A stretch of 45,586 nucleotides of DNA. It comes from a virus. Lineage: Duplodnaviria; Caudoviricetes. Under the pieces are notes generated by a model that was not told the origin of the DNA, did no database searches, and saw only the letters and a program-made list of their open reading frames with translations. Within the stretch, counting starts at the first letter, position 1, and every line of letters starts with the position of its first letter. Positions 45,045 to 45,586 of the stretch are shown piece by piece. Location: positions 1-45,586 of the IMG/VR virus record IMGVR_UViG_3300042997_001997; one strand, 5' to 3'. A program made the translations under genes and the position numbers.

Positions 45045-45586
45045 ATGAAAAAACTATTAACGCTACTTGGAATACTAGTAATATCCTTAGCAACAAATGC
45101 TCAATTAACAATTAATCAATCTGTAACTCCAACAACGGGATTAAAAGTCGGCGATACCATTTCAGTAAAATATACCGTTGCGAGAGGTACAACTACGCCA
45201 AGATATTTTTGGTTGAGGTATCAATTTAACAATAAGGCACTTGCATATGTTTCAACAACGTTCTCACAAGGAACATCAGTTCAAACATTCTACACAGGTT
45301 GGTCATCTTATAAGTTTACCGCAAGTACTGCAAATAGTATTACTGCTAAAGATTTATACGCACAATATCTAATATCTCCATGGGGTTACGCAGCCAACGC
45401 AGATTGGAATGTAGGACAATTAACTGTTCAAAGAACCGATGCATCAATCAACGGAGATCTTGCAACTCAAAAATATGTAATTAAAGATTTGGGAGCATAT
45501 ACCGACATCCACAAATTAGACTTATCATATTCAATTGACGCAACAAGTGCATACATTACACCAATTACGACTGACCCAGGTACAAT
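45045..45586 (+). CDS. Exported beta-rich protein, truncated at window end (cohesin-like N-terminal domain possible)
   Basis: MKKLLTLLGILVISLATNA|Q signal peptide, LKVGDTISVKY; frame open to window end. Confidence 0.75.
   Translation, partial: MKKLLTLLGILVISLATNAQLTINQSVTPTTGLKVGDTISVKYTVARGTTTPRYFWLRYQFNNKALAYVSTTFSQGTSVQTFYTGWSSYKFTASTANSITAKDLYAQYLISPWGYAANADWNVGQLTVQRTDASINGDLATQKYVIKDLGAYTDIHKLDLSYSIDATSAYITPITTDPGT

Noticed and set aside
1-45586. Stop-codon reassignment as in some Bacteroidota phages
   Set aside because: Genes are intact in code 11, TAG and TGA end genes at sensible places, and no suppressor tRNA is present (the TAA and TGA anticodons decode Leu and Ser).

Overview
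AT-rich, densely coding segment that reads as part of a large tailed-phage genome, probably infecting a Bacteroidota host. Host clues are TAnnTTTG -7 promoter elements, near-absence of Shine-Dalgarno sites, signal peptides followed by Gln, and a lipoprotein with CKKE after its lipobox. No core capsid, terminase or polymerase genes are in the window. It contains: (i) about 17 otherwise unrelated proteins sharing short N-terminal leaders ending in [LIV]-x-E, nearly all just downstream of a TATTTAT motif (candidate late promoter plus capsid-targeting/prohead-protease leader system), with payloads including ArdC-like, SprT, kinase-like and Tlde1-like domains; (ii) cell-wall enzymes (GH19 endolysin, two YkuD-fold proteins, PG-binding proteins); (iii) an 8-gene glycosyl-/methyltransferase operon headed by a GT60-like enzyme, plus a Thr-Pro mucin-like LamG protein; (iv) an RNA-rich minus-strand block with tmRNA, four tRNAs, an ~810-nt GOLLD-like ncRNA and several unassigned structured RNAs; (v) a free-standing GIY-YIG endonuclease whose start codon is buried in a hairpin. 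All family assignments come from motif recognition by eye; no database search was run.
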